A stretch of DNA of 64,000 nucleotides, from contig NC_042998.1 in NCBI RefSeq assembly GCF_006345805.1, positions 148,614,001 through 148,678,000 on the forward strand, read 5' to 3'. Positions 52,046 to 64,000 of the stretch are shown one piece after another. Position numbers and translations under genes: made by a program. Origin of the DNA: Octopus sinensis. Its lineage: Eukaryota. A model generated the notes under the pieces. That model was not told where the DNA came from. It saw only the letters and a program-made list of their open reading frames with translations, and ran no database searches. Numbering within the stretch: position 1 is the first letter of the stretch; each line of letters starts with the position of its first letter.

Positions 52046-54231
52046 CACTAGGCAACAAAATTCTTGCTACGATTAGACGAAATGGTGCTCATAGTTAATT
52101 TGGGCGCGCTGATTCCGAATCATTTTTGCTCTAGTACGTCACGTTTTTGCGCTATCATTATTATACTGCTATCAAAATTACAATATTGTGAAAATTCATT
52201 AAAATGAATATTATGTTAAGCGTTAATTACCGTTGTTTGGTATAAGAACAATAGCAACTAGGTGGTCAAGTACCTCTACAACCAATAAAACTCAAAGCAA
52301 AGTGTAAAGGGAATATTATCAATTTTATGTTTTTGAGATATAGCTTTGGCGTCTTCTTTTACACTTATGCTGCATGTCCGTCTCTCCTTTCAAAAACCAG
52401 CCGTAATCCGTCAGCATGTTTGGTGTAAGTCTGCCACTGTAGCGGCTTTTCTAGCTCTTTGATTTCTTGATGAAACCGTTCACCGTGCTCATCGTTAACA
52501 TCACCCATGCTGGGTGGGAAAAAAAGTAAAAATGAAAGTGGAGGAAATTAAATTTTAGAGACATTCTTGCCCCAAGTTGCTTATAAGCTTTTAAAAAATC
52601 ATTCACAATTGCAACGTAGTTAGATGATTTTTCATTTCACCCAAAATTTTTTATACGAGAAACAAACTTTTCCCAAGCAGTTTTCTCTACTGGGCTTAGT
52701 ATTTCTTAAAAAAGTATTTCTTAAAAAAGTATTTCTTAAAAAAGCTCATCACAAATTAGCTAATTTCTAGTCCATTAAAAACACTAGCTTTGATCTTAGC
52801 TTCACTCTTGCTAGAAACAAATTTTTCCCTGAGATAATTGAATCCTTCACCGTCTTCATTCATGGCCTTAACAAAGTTCTTAAACAAGCAAAGTTTAATG
52901 TGTAAAGGAAGAAAGTAAATTTTCTGAGAATCAACTAAAGGGATATATTTAACGTTGTATGTCCCTGGAGTGAAATCACTTCACTTTGGCCACTCTTTTT
53001 GCCTGTCATCTTTGCTGTTCCAAAGTACAATAATAAACGAGGAACTTGTTTTGAAGTTCCTGGTTCATCACAGTGATCTGCTCTATTACTCGGCACGCCT
53101 TCAATTGAAGTAGATGCAGTACTTTCTTCACTTAAACCATCTTTGTCAAAAGATGAATGAGATTCTGGAAATGGAATATTTTCAGCAGCATGAGCAACTG
53201 GTTTTAAAGCTGAATCTTGGATTTGTTCATCTGAGAGGAACCTGTGATGTTATTTGAGCCGAAATAACAATCGGTAGAGTGGTTTGTTAGTTCGTGCCAT
53301 ATCATTAGTACTGCAAATGACATACTGTTCCGTTTGCCATTCAGCCATTGGGTTAGTGCTATGTATCAGTTTTTGCAACAAACATGAGGCGCCCACAGTT
53401 TATCTTGGTCCCCAACTTTGCACCCTAAGTAAAGCTTGTAAACATTTAAAAATTTCTTTGTAAGCTTATTTCTCTGATCTTTTGGCGTAAATTTTCCACA
53501 CACGTAACAAAAGCTGTTCGATTGATTAACACAAACTTTTCTGCTCATCATAAATACATATAGTAATAACCTAAATCAACACTCAAGGAAGCCTATTAGT
53601 AAACTCAGCTATAAAGTTAATCAACTGTAAATGTTACTGTAAAGCATCAAAATATATTTCTCAAAAAAAAAAAAGAATGTCATTGAAACTATTATAGAAT
53701 GTACTGAAGCTATGGCTATCACGAAACAGTTTTTTCCATCTCTAAATTTCAAACATTGATCACTTTAGTAAATAACTAAATTTACTACTTCTCATATAAG
53801 CTGGCTCTCTTATGTGATGTACTTTGTTTTAACAGCACTAGCATTTATCAAGAAAAGGGTGTCTGAGTGGCTTATTAGAACCTAATATCAATAGCCTACT
53901 CTGAGGAGAACTTTACTATAATTACAGCGATAACAAAGTAAAATAAATTCTCATCTTGTGTGACAATTTAACAGGTAGCCTACATTTTCCTCTATCAGCA
54001 CTTATTTTTGTTTCAGTGATGAGTATATGAATGAAAATCGAAAGCAAATAGCCTATTACTTTGTCAATATTATCAATTGGTTGGAAAATCAGATGCTGTA
54101 AATAACTAAAAAAAAAACTACACGTGCTATCTGAAAACTGATGTCAGATTCGGCTTTAGCACCCTAAAATTACCCTAAATCAGCTGAAAAAATTTAAATA
54201 GCATGACAAAATATATTTTTCTTGCCCAGTT
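52046..54231 (-). mobile_element. Second Chapaev3-like transposon, decayed
   Basis: Ends CACTAGGCAACAAAA and TTTTCTTGCCCAGT(T). N-terminus MSRKVCVNQSNSFCYVCGKF..DQDKLWAPHVCC (53366-53551) and C-terminal GDVNDEHGERFHQEI near 52480. Confidence 0.72.
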
Positions 54232-54289
54232 TTATTAACCGCCCAGGAACAAGTCATTAGGATGCATTCGATAAAACCAAAAGTTGATA

Positions 54290-54860
54290 AAACTCAATCA
54301 GAGAGCAAAACCAGAATCTGCTGGAAAAGAGACGAAAGTACAAACCAGCTTTTAAATGAATACAGTAAGCTAGCACAGAAAGAGTATAAGCGCAAGCATA
54401 CCTTAAAAGTAAAATAGTGAAAAGTGATGTTAGCCAAATGAGTTGATCCGAAATACCAGGAAAGTAATAAGAGCACGGGTCAGTGAAAGAGAATAGGAAC
54501 TATTAAATTTTATCAAATTTCTCCATAGATACTGACCGTACAATTGAAGCAAGAACACCAGATAGGATTATAGGGGGCAAAAGAAAAGGTGTAAGATTAT
54601 AAACTTTAAAATACTATATGATAGTAAAGTGGATACTAAAGAAATCGAGAAAAACCGTGAAATGCCAGGATCTAGATAGAGAGGTGAATAGACTGTGAAA
54701 GACTAAGACAACAATTATTCTTGTGATAATGGGTGCACTTGGTACAAAACCTAAACTACTAAGAGGATGAAGAATATTTGAATTGAGACATGCGTTAACG
54801 AATCATAGAAAATACAATCCTGTATTCTGCAAGAATCTCGAGAAATATTTTGAGCTTTGT
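54290..54860 (+). mobile_element. Decayed 3' fragment of an RLE-type LINE (a distinct family)
   Basis: Remnants resembling zinc knuckle..KLAQKEYKR.H, TIEARTPD and IMGALG. Heavily frameshifted. Confidence 0.6.
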
Positions 54861-55064
54861 CACGAAACCGGGATAATATCTCCGCTAATTAAATTAGCAT
54901 GCATTGGCTTTGAGTAACTATACTAACGATAATCCTATCTTTAGGAGATCGGTTAATGCTCCTCAATGCATTTGGATGGTTTCTACTCTCAATACATTTT
55001 GTACACCTCAAACCAAAGTGTATAACTCCAAGAAGAAGGGAGATAAAAAGCTAGTGATACCCTG

Positions 55065-56170
55065 ATCCTTGAGCAACATTCTTTGTCTGATAACCTAGAA
55101 TACATGCCCAAAGAAGTCGTACGAATCTACCGCAACGTGCCATCAGATAAAAGCTTAGCTTATATGAGTAGAAATCTATGCATGGATCTGTTAGTAGAAA
55201 GCTCCGAGATGATAGTAAGATTGACCATAAGAACAGTCTATCATGGACCAATAGCCGGATTACTACCTCCCACTTTGAAAGATATGCATTTGCAATCCAG
55301 GAACAGAAAATGTCAACCAAGTACATGATGCACGAAAGAGATAGAGATGCAGGAAATGCAGTAAAATGTGACAACTGATGCAGACTTTGTGGAGTTAACA
55401 CTGATGATATCACCCACATCATAAGCAGTTGTCCACAAGTATCATCACGGTACCATCTACCAATGAGAGATGATGTTGTAGCTAGGAGATTCTATAATTA
55501 AATCCGTCGGAAGGATAATCCCGAAGACAAAGAAATAGGAACTTACAGTATGCTAGAAGCCATAGCCACTAATAATAAAAAGGATTACTGGTGGAATGTC
55601 CCTGTAAAGACCTCAATAAAATACAAGCACAACAAACCTGATATAATGACTTGGGATAGAGAAGAGAATTTGTGTACAGTTATGGAAATTAGCTGCCCAG
55701 CAGTTGTTAACGCAAAGATAAAGATCAGTGAAAAGAGAGTACCTACGCTGAACTATTGAAAAATCTACAGTTCCTATATCAAGATTACAAGTTCAAGTTT
55801 ATACCTGTAATTAGTGAGGCACTGGGATATGTGACACACTGCCTAAGTACCAATCTTAAGAAATTAGGCTTCTTAAGACCAGAAAGGAGAAAGCTAATTC
55901 GAAAACTACAGATCCAATCCATTACTGGAACTGTAAATATCTGTAAAACTTTCCAGAAGTGTATCATTCAAATATATATGAGCATATCTAGATATGCAAC
56001 TATATGCATCAGAGTAAAGCAAAACATACAAATCTGCACACATACATACATACATACATACATACATACATACATACATACATCCCAATATCGATGTTGA
56101 AATCTCAGTGAAGGAACCTTGGATCTAAGTTAGAAACCGGCTCTTTCTGTATTTCCAAATCTGGAAATTA
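55065..56170 (+). mobile_element. Second copy of the TACA-associated RLE LINE (3' portion)
   Basis: SDNLEYMPKE, CRLCGVNTDDITHIISSCP, KHNKPDIMTWDRE and RKLQIQSITGTVNICKTF, clearly homologous to 24170-25330. Confidence 0.85.
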
Positions 56171-56171
56171 A

Positions 56172-56208
<37 letters not shown>

Positions 56209-56251
56209 AACACATACACACACATATTTATACACACACACACACACACAC

Positions 56252-56279
<28 letters not shown>

Positions 56280-56284
<5 letters not shown>

Positions 56285-56864
56285 TATATAGAGGGCATTA
56301 TTACACATAAATGCCACACGCTAGGAGGGACTTTCAAAGTCATTACTACCAAAAATAAACGAATCGTACCGAATGCAGCTCTCGAAGCAAGACATTTAAA
56401 AACAGAATTTAGCTCTTAAATGTTTTTAAATGTCTTGCTTCGAGAGCTGCATTCGGTACGATTCGTTTATTTTTGGTAGTAATGACCTTGAAAGTCCCTC
56501 CTAGCGTGTGGCATTTATGTGTAAAAATGCCCTCTATATAATATAAATAAATATTTTCAAGTGGAAAAATTTTCAGATTTTTTCTCTTATGAGGTTTTTC
56601 ACGCTAACTACCAGATAATTTCTTGTTAAGATTCTTATTAAGATTTTATCCTTAATTGTTAAATTTATACATATATATATATGTATGTATGTATATGTAT
56701 ATCGATATACAGGTATGTTGACGCAAACAAGAAAAATAGAGCTCAAAATTTCAGCGTATGCATATATGTACGTGAGTGTTTGTATCAATGTTTCCCCCAC
56801 CACCGCTCGATATCCGGTGTTGGTGTATTTACGTCCCTGAAACAAATAAAAGATAAAAGACAGG

Positions 56865-56914
<50 letters not shown>

Positions 56915-57560
56915 TGTGTGTTTGTGTGTGTATACATGTATGTATGTGTATATACATACATATATATATATATATATATTATATAGAGGGCATTATTACA
57001 CATAAATGCCACACGCTAGGAGGGACTTTCAAAGTCATTACTACCAAAAATAAACGAATCGTACCGAATGCAGCTCTCGAAGCAAGACATTTAAAAACAG
57101 AATTTAGCTCTTAAATGTTTTTAAATGTCTTGCTTCGAGAGCTGCATTCGGTACGATTCGTTTATTTTTGGTAGTAATGACCTTGAAAGTCCCTCCTAGC
57201 GTGTGGCATTTATGTGTAAAAATGCCCTCTATATAATATAAATAAATATTTTCAAGTGGAAAAATTTTCAGATTTTTTCTCTTATGAGGTTTTTCACGCT
57301 AACTACCAGATAATTTCTTGTTAAGATTTCTTATTAAGATTTTATCCTTAATTGTTAAATTTATACATATATATATATGTATGTATGTATATGTATATCG
57401 ATATACAGGTATGTTGACGCAAACAAGAAAAATAGAGCTCAAAATTTCAGCGTATGCATATATGTACGTGAGTGTTTGTATCAATGTTTCCCCCACCACC
57501 GCTCGATATCCGGTGTTGGTGTATTTACGTCCCTGAAACAAATAAAAGATAAAAGACAGG

Positions 57561-57611
<51 letters not shown>

Positions 57612-57649
57612 TGTGTGTATACATGTATGTATGTGTATATACATACATA

Positions 57650-57657
<8 letters not shown>
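56280..57657 (+). repeat. Near-identical tandem duplication (unit about 695 bp), each unit containing a 266-bp hairpin (56280-56545, 56975-57240)
   Basis: The units differ by a 1-nt indel and microsatellite length. Hairpin arms are 125 bp with 2 mismatches and a 16-nt loop. Confidence 0.9.
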
Positions 57658-57693
<36 letters not shown>

Positions 57694-57743
57694 TGATGAT
57701 AATAATAATAATAATAATGATGATGATGATGATGATAATAATG

Positions 57744-57792
<49 letters not shown>

Positions 57793-58713
57793 GCTGATGT
57801 TGACCAGAAGCAAACCCATCAGTGGCTACGGAGCTCAGGGCTAAAAGCAGAGAGCGAAGGTTTCATCCTGGCTGCTCAAGATCAAAGCCTATTAACCCGG
57901 AACTACCAGGCCAATGTGATGAAAAATGGAGCAGACCCAAAATGCCGATTTTGCAACGACATGATTGAAACAGTGGACCACCTAATCTCTGGATGTAAAG
58001 TCTTAGCACCAGTGGAGTATAAATTAAGACATGACAGAGTTGGCCAATATCTCCACTGGCTAATAAGTCGGCATTACAATATCAAAACTGCCGAAAAGTG
58101 GTATAATCACCACACAGGCTGTAACTGAAGGAGAAAATGTAACCATTCTGTGGGACTTTCCAGTACATACAGACCGAACCATCAAGGCCAATAAACCAGA
58201 TATTGTTGTGAAAGACCAAAACAATAAAGTTTGCTTATTGATCGACATGAGCATCCCCTGTGATCATAATATCTCAGCGAAAGAGTTTGAGAAGCTCAGA
58301 AAATATAAAGACCTACTCATTGAAATTGAGAAAATGTGGCATCTCAAGGCGGTTACAATACCAGTGATCGTAGGAGCACTAGGAATGATCAAGAAGGGAA
58401 CCGAAAATTATATGAGAATGATCCCTGGCTTACCATCCCTGCAAGAAGTGCAAAAGATTGTCTTAACTGGTACATCACACGTACTGAGAAGAGCATTGTC
58501 GATATGAGAACTGTTGCTGCTCATGTATTTTAATTTAACTTTAAAAAAAAAAAAAATAAATAAATAAACGAACTACTGAGTTTGGTTTAATGGCTTACCA
58601 ATGTATACTATGAGTTTCTTTGCCCTAGGAGTCGGGAAGACACTCGGCAAGAAATGGAAGCAAATTTGAAAGAAGAAAAAAAAAGTAATAATAATAATAA
58701 TAATAATAATAAT
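57793..58713 (+). mobile_element. 5'-truncated R4/Dong-like LINE inserted in a (TAA)n array
   Basis: KCRFCNDMIETVDHLISGCKVLAPVEYKLRHDRV, NKPDIVVKD..LIDMSIPCD..EKLRKYKDL. (TAA)n lies on both sides. Confidence 0.88.
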
Positions 58714-59197
58714 GTTTTGTCTTGGTATAAAAGACGGGCTACAGCAAATATTCTGCTCAATACCACAGATTTGCTTGTCAGTTGTTTGACCTTAACCAGT
58801 TGTACATGTCCCTTGGTGGCTGACGATATGTGCATCTCTGATCACGAGCAGAAGTAGTGGGGGAGCATCATAGCCGTGTGTTGAGAGGGTTTCTTTGGGG
58901 TTTGAATAATTCATCTCTGAAAACATGGGTGTTTCGTTCAACATCCTTAAACAACCCTTATTCAGGGACCTTTTGAGCGGGATGGGTTACTCGATCTGAA
59001 GAAAATTCTAACTGGGCCCCACCTGCAAGGTCATGTGCTGTTTATCTTGATATGAGATCCCCATGTCGCGCACATATGGTTGTGATGCATGTGCCTGGTG
59101 TACCCTTATCAGACGGGTAGTCATGATAGGTATACTGGGCTTCGTATATTTTACCCCAGTGTCACTTTGATGGCATGCTCTGCTCGCTCACTCAATA
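58713..59197 (+). mobile_element. Interspersed repeat (SINE-like) bounded by (TAA)n
   Basis: Homology to 39025-39230. It ends in CTCACTC(AAT)n. Confidence 0.7.
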
Positions 59198-59890
59198 ATA
59201 ATAATAATAATAATAATAAATACCATGGAGAGCAGTGAGTAGGTAAGATACAAGACTGAGAGAGAAACTTACTTCTTTTTAGAAACATGGAAAGCTACAT
59301 AATTCAATTTTTTTGGTAAGGATAATGAAAGAATAATGATAGAGAATATATGCATAAAAACAGTGTTAATCAAGTTGTTATATGTCAACGTTTAATGTTA
59401 ATTATAGCAAACAAGCAAGCAAAAAACCAAACAAGAAACTTTCATAATTAGGAAAAAAATGAAACCAAGTATCAACTATAAATCGTAGATCAATGCTATT
59501 CGGAGAGAAGTCTTGTTGTTCATATATGAAATAAACAGACTGAGAGTCATGACGGGAGAAGAGGAGGAAGTAGGGAAAAATGAATAAGAATAAGGTGAAG
59601 AAATAAGAATAACAAGGAAGCGGAGGAGAAAAGGAACCCATGTTGAGTTCTATAATTGAAAGGGACTTTTAGCTTTCAACTAACCTCTCAAACTTCATAC
59701 ACACACACACACGATATATATATATATAATATAATATATATATATATATAATATATATATATATACATACATACATACAATTATACATACATATACATAC
59801 ACATATAAGTATACATATATATATACACATGTATGTATACATATATATATATATATACATGTATGTATCTATATTAATGGATATATATAC

Positions 59891-59930
<40 letters not shown>

Positions 59931-61133
59931 ATATAATATATAATATATGTATACACATATAGATACACAGAAATGCACGCATTTATATATATATTTTCAT
60001 ATATATGCACTCAACCACACACCAACTTACATATATATATACATACATGCATACATATATTCAAGCATACATACATATGCATAAATTTCTTCCTTTCATC
60101 TCATTGTACAAATTTATATACATATACACCTATGCACCTCCACAAGCACGATCAAACAATTCTTCACAGCTACATACGCATCTACACACAAAATAGATAC
60201 ATAAATATTTACATATGTAGATATAATATCGCCATTCAGCCTTCCAAGAGTAATGGAGAGAAGAGGTAAGAGGGAGAGGGGAAAGGGACAACAACCACTG
60301 GAGATATAATGAAGCAAGAGGAAAGAAGGATCTTGCCTAAAGTGGAAAAGGATTACGGCTTCTATGACATGATATTAATGATTGGTCTTACCTAACGTTC
60401 GCAGCAATAACAACTACAATGCTTGCTACTCCATAAATCGGCCGTCATTTAATCTCCATATTGAAGTGAGTAAAACGTGCATAAATACACTCCTCCACAC
60501 ACACACGCACTCACACACGCACACACGCACGTACACAAATGTGCAGACATGGTAATTCATTTATCCATACATGCATACAGATAAACTGGCAGATAGATAG
60601 ACATGCACATGTGCATACTTTCATACATATATAGACATACATACATATATACACACATATGCATGTATAAGGACGTACATATGTACATACATACCTGCGT
60701 ACCTATACGGGTATCATTATTTAGACGCATACATAAGGAAATACTCATACATGTACAAACACTAACAGAAAAGCACACACACACACACATACACATAGAC
60801 ACATACACACGCACACACGCATACACAGACAGACAGACAGACAGACACACACACACACACACATATACAAGTTGGCATTAAACATCCGCGAATGTTTTCT
60901 TGACTATCCATCAAAAGGGAGACATACATATATATATATATGTATTTATATATTTATTTATGCATGTACATATGAATGCATGTATGTTTTCGTATATGTA
61001 TGTATGCATCAAGGTATGTGTATATATGTATGTATTATGCATGTATGTGTGTGTATGCTTGTATGTATTATATATGTACGTATGTATGTATGTGTGTGTG
61101 TATATATATATATATATATGTATATGTATTATA

Positions 61134-61313
61134 GGAGTGGCTGTGTGGTAAGTGGCTTGCTTACCAACTACATGGTTCCGGGTTCAGTCCCACTGCGTGG
61201 CACCTTAAGCAAGTGTCTTCTTCTATAGCCTCGGGCTGACCAAAGCCTTGTGAGTGTATTAGGTAACTGAAAAGAAGTCCGTCGTATTTATGTATATATA
61301 TGTGTGTGTGTGT

Positions 61314-61354
<41 letters not shown>

Positions 61355-61564
61355 TTGTGTCTGTTTTTGTCCCCCTAACATCGCTTGACAACCGATACTG
61401 GTGTGTTTACGTCCCGTTAACTTAGCGGTTCGGCGAAAGGGACCGATAGAAAAAGTACTAGGCTTACAAAGAATGAGTCCTGGGTTTGATTTGCTCGACT
61501 AAAAGGCGGTGCTCCAGCATGGCCACAGTCAAATGACTGAAACCAGTAGAAAGGTAAAAGAGTA
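61134..61564 (+). mobile_element. Full-length SINE, family E (Octopus OK-like)
   Basis: GGAGTGGCTGTGTGGTAAGTGGCTTGCTTACCAACTACATGGTTCCGGGTTCAGTCCC head, internal GT tract and GACTGAAACCAGTAGAAAG tail. Confidence 0.9.
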
Positions 61565-61972
61565 TATGTATGCGAGCGTGTATGTATGTATGAATGTATG
61601 TATGTTCATTTGTGTACGTATGTATGCATTATGTATGGGCTAGTGAGTTATTGCTCTCACGTTCACTAGATGGCTAGTTTGACTCCTAAACCGGGCGCCG
61701 CATTATTTTCTTGAGCAAAACTTTTCATTTCATGTTGCTCTGCAGTCTTGAAGAAGTTTCACACGCACAGCGCCTAACTAAGGGTGTGTATGTATGTATG
61801 TATGTATGTATGTATGTATGTACGTGTGTATGTATGTATGTTTGTATGTATGTATGTAAGTAGGTAGCTAGGTAGCTAGGTGGGTAGGTAGGTAGGTAGA
61901 TAGGTAGGTAAGTAGGTAGGTAGCTAGGTAGGTAGGTAGGTAGTTAAATATGTAGGTATGTATGTGTATATG

Positions 61973-62007
<35 letters not shown>

Positions 62008-62369
62008 GTAGGTAGGTAGGTAGGTAGGTAGCTTGGTAGAATTGTAGGTATGTAGGTAGACAGGAAGTTAGTTAGTTGGGTAGGTAGGTAGATAGGTAGG
62101 CAGATAGGTATGTAGGTAGATAGGTAGTTAGGTAGGTAGGTAGGTAGGTAGGTAGGTAGGCATGTGGGTGGGCGGGCATAACTTCAAAATTATAGTTAAC
62201 GGGGAAAATCTAGCTACATAATTATAACATTGCAGTTATATATATACAGACACAGATAAAAACACATAAAACCCATGCGTATATATATATGTGTGTGTGT
62301 GTGTGTGTGGTGTGTGTGTGTGTATGTGTAAAAATGTTTGTACATGTCTATCTATCTATCATATTATAT

Positions 62370-62477
62370 TGTTACGGACCACCTGCCGTCGCTCAAACTC
62401 TTCGGGAAAAACACGGGACCCTACCAAGTCGAGCGACGACGATTCACCGGCCCGATCGATCGGTGAATTCGCCACGG

Positions 62478-62512
<35 letters not shown>

Positions 62513-63339
62513 GGTGGGGGAAAGGCAGCAGCGAACCCGGCAGGACCGGCGACCGGAGATAACAACAACAACAAACAGGAAGAGACAGAGAGAGAGACGG
62601 CGGAAGGCAATTGGCTACATTTAACAACAGTTTATACAATTATTACAACATCAAATAAATCAAAGATACATCAGGTATACAACAAATCAAAGCATTTAAA
62701 CATGCAGATATTGTTCAATACATTTCAGATCAATTAATGTTCACGATACAGTCCAATCTTCAAATCACATTAAAGTCCTTCTCTTTTCTATTTCAACACG
62801 TATCAACACAATTCACAATGTTCTTTAGAATCTCTTTAGCACTGTTCTTTCTTTTTTTTCCTTGTTTTCCTTCTTTCTCTTTTTTCAACACATCAATCAT
62901 TTTACATTTCTTTTTCCTTTTATTTCACATATCTGAACATAAGTAAACACATACCGTTACAACAGCCAATGCCCTCACACCGTATTCCCTCTCTCTTAGC
63001 GCCATAATAGTATCTGTCTCTCTTCCCCCACGCTGTTGCTGCCTCACGCCGTAATCCTATCTGCCTGTCTTCCTCTTTCAGTCCACTGTCACAGCAGAAA
63101 CAACCTACTACTAACTTGCTCTGTCCTCAACTGTCCCGTCTGTGCTAGAGCTGCCGGCCGACTGTCCTTTTCAGGCTCACAGTTCCTCCTTTTTAAGGGG
63201 TGTTTCCACGAACTTTCTTTCCCCTGAAAAGGGTCGGAGGTCTCCCCAGAACTAATCAATCCACCTGAATCTGACAGGACAATGGATTTATTCACAAAAG
63301 TAGGTCGCAAGCACTGTCCTTGAATTGACCTTTATAACA
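62370..63339. mobile_element. Probable solo LTR (970 bp)
   Basis: Termini TGTTA..TAACA with a 4-bp duplication ATAT (62366-62369 / 63340-63343). The interior is complex and partly GC-rich within TA/CA repeats. Confidence 0.6.
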
Positions 63340-63669
63340 ATATATACATACACATTCAGTAATGTATTTACTATTGTTTGTGCGGTTTTCGAAATATATG
63401 CCTATGCCCGTAAAATGTATTTTAATTTAGTCAGTAAATATGTTTGCATTTATTTACGTAAATGCACATACATACACCTGCTCATAAATACATATACAGG
63501 CGTACACGCATAAACGCACACACATCTACGTACACACTCACACAGATACATAAATAGTTATATATATATATTTATATATATGCATATATATACATGTATA
63601 TATATATGCATATATATGATTTTGATTTTTTCAGTTTCAGTTAATGAGCTGTGGCCATGCTGGGGCACC

Positions 63670-63748
<79 letters not shown>

Positions 63749-63803
63749 TATACACAGACACACAGACAGACACACACACACACACACACCACACACACAC
63801 ACA

Positions 63804-63835
<32 letters not shown>

Positions 63836-64000
63836 TATATATATATATATACATACATATATATATATATATAAATTAATTAATAAATAAAACATATGCA
63901 TATATACATACATATATGTACGTACCTACCTCTACATGTATATATACATGCATATATGGGTACAGGACACCAAAAAAAACGTCGAACACAATGAGAAACG

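Overview
AT-rich, microsatellite-saturated eukaryotic genomic DNA. The repeat families (tRNA-headed SINEs with internal CA/TA tracts, TAA/TACA arrays) look like Octopus or a related coleoid cephalopod; this is inferred from repeat recognition. No intact protein-coding gene is present, and most of the supplied ORFs are translations of simple repeats. The window holds many SINE copies and decayed DNA transposons: a full-length Tc1 with two premature stops, mariner remnants, two Chapaev3-like elements, a CACTA-ended MITE and a TTAGGG-containing MITE with a 6-bp TSD. It also holds 3' fragments of restriction-like-endonuclease (R4/Dong-type) LINEs sitting in TAA or TACA microsatellites, a probable solo LTR and several long hairpins. 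Two small phase-compatible candidate exons on the minus strand (7635-7599, 3262-3222) suggest much of the window may be intron of an unidentified gene. The most striking signal is a set of Penelope-type minimal hammerhead ribozyme motifs from several repeat families. The best is an apparently intact U3-A8 variant (46297-46338) inside a perfect 173-bp inverted repeat whose arm starts 6 nt after the predicted cleavage site.
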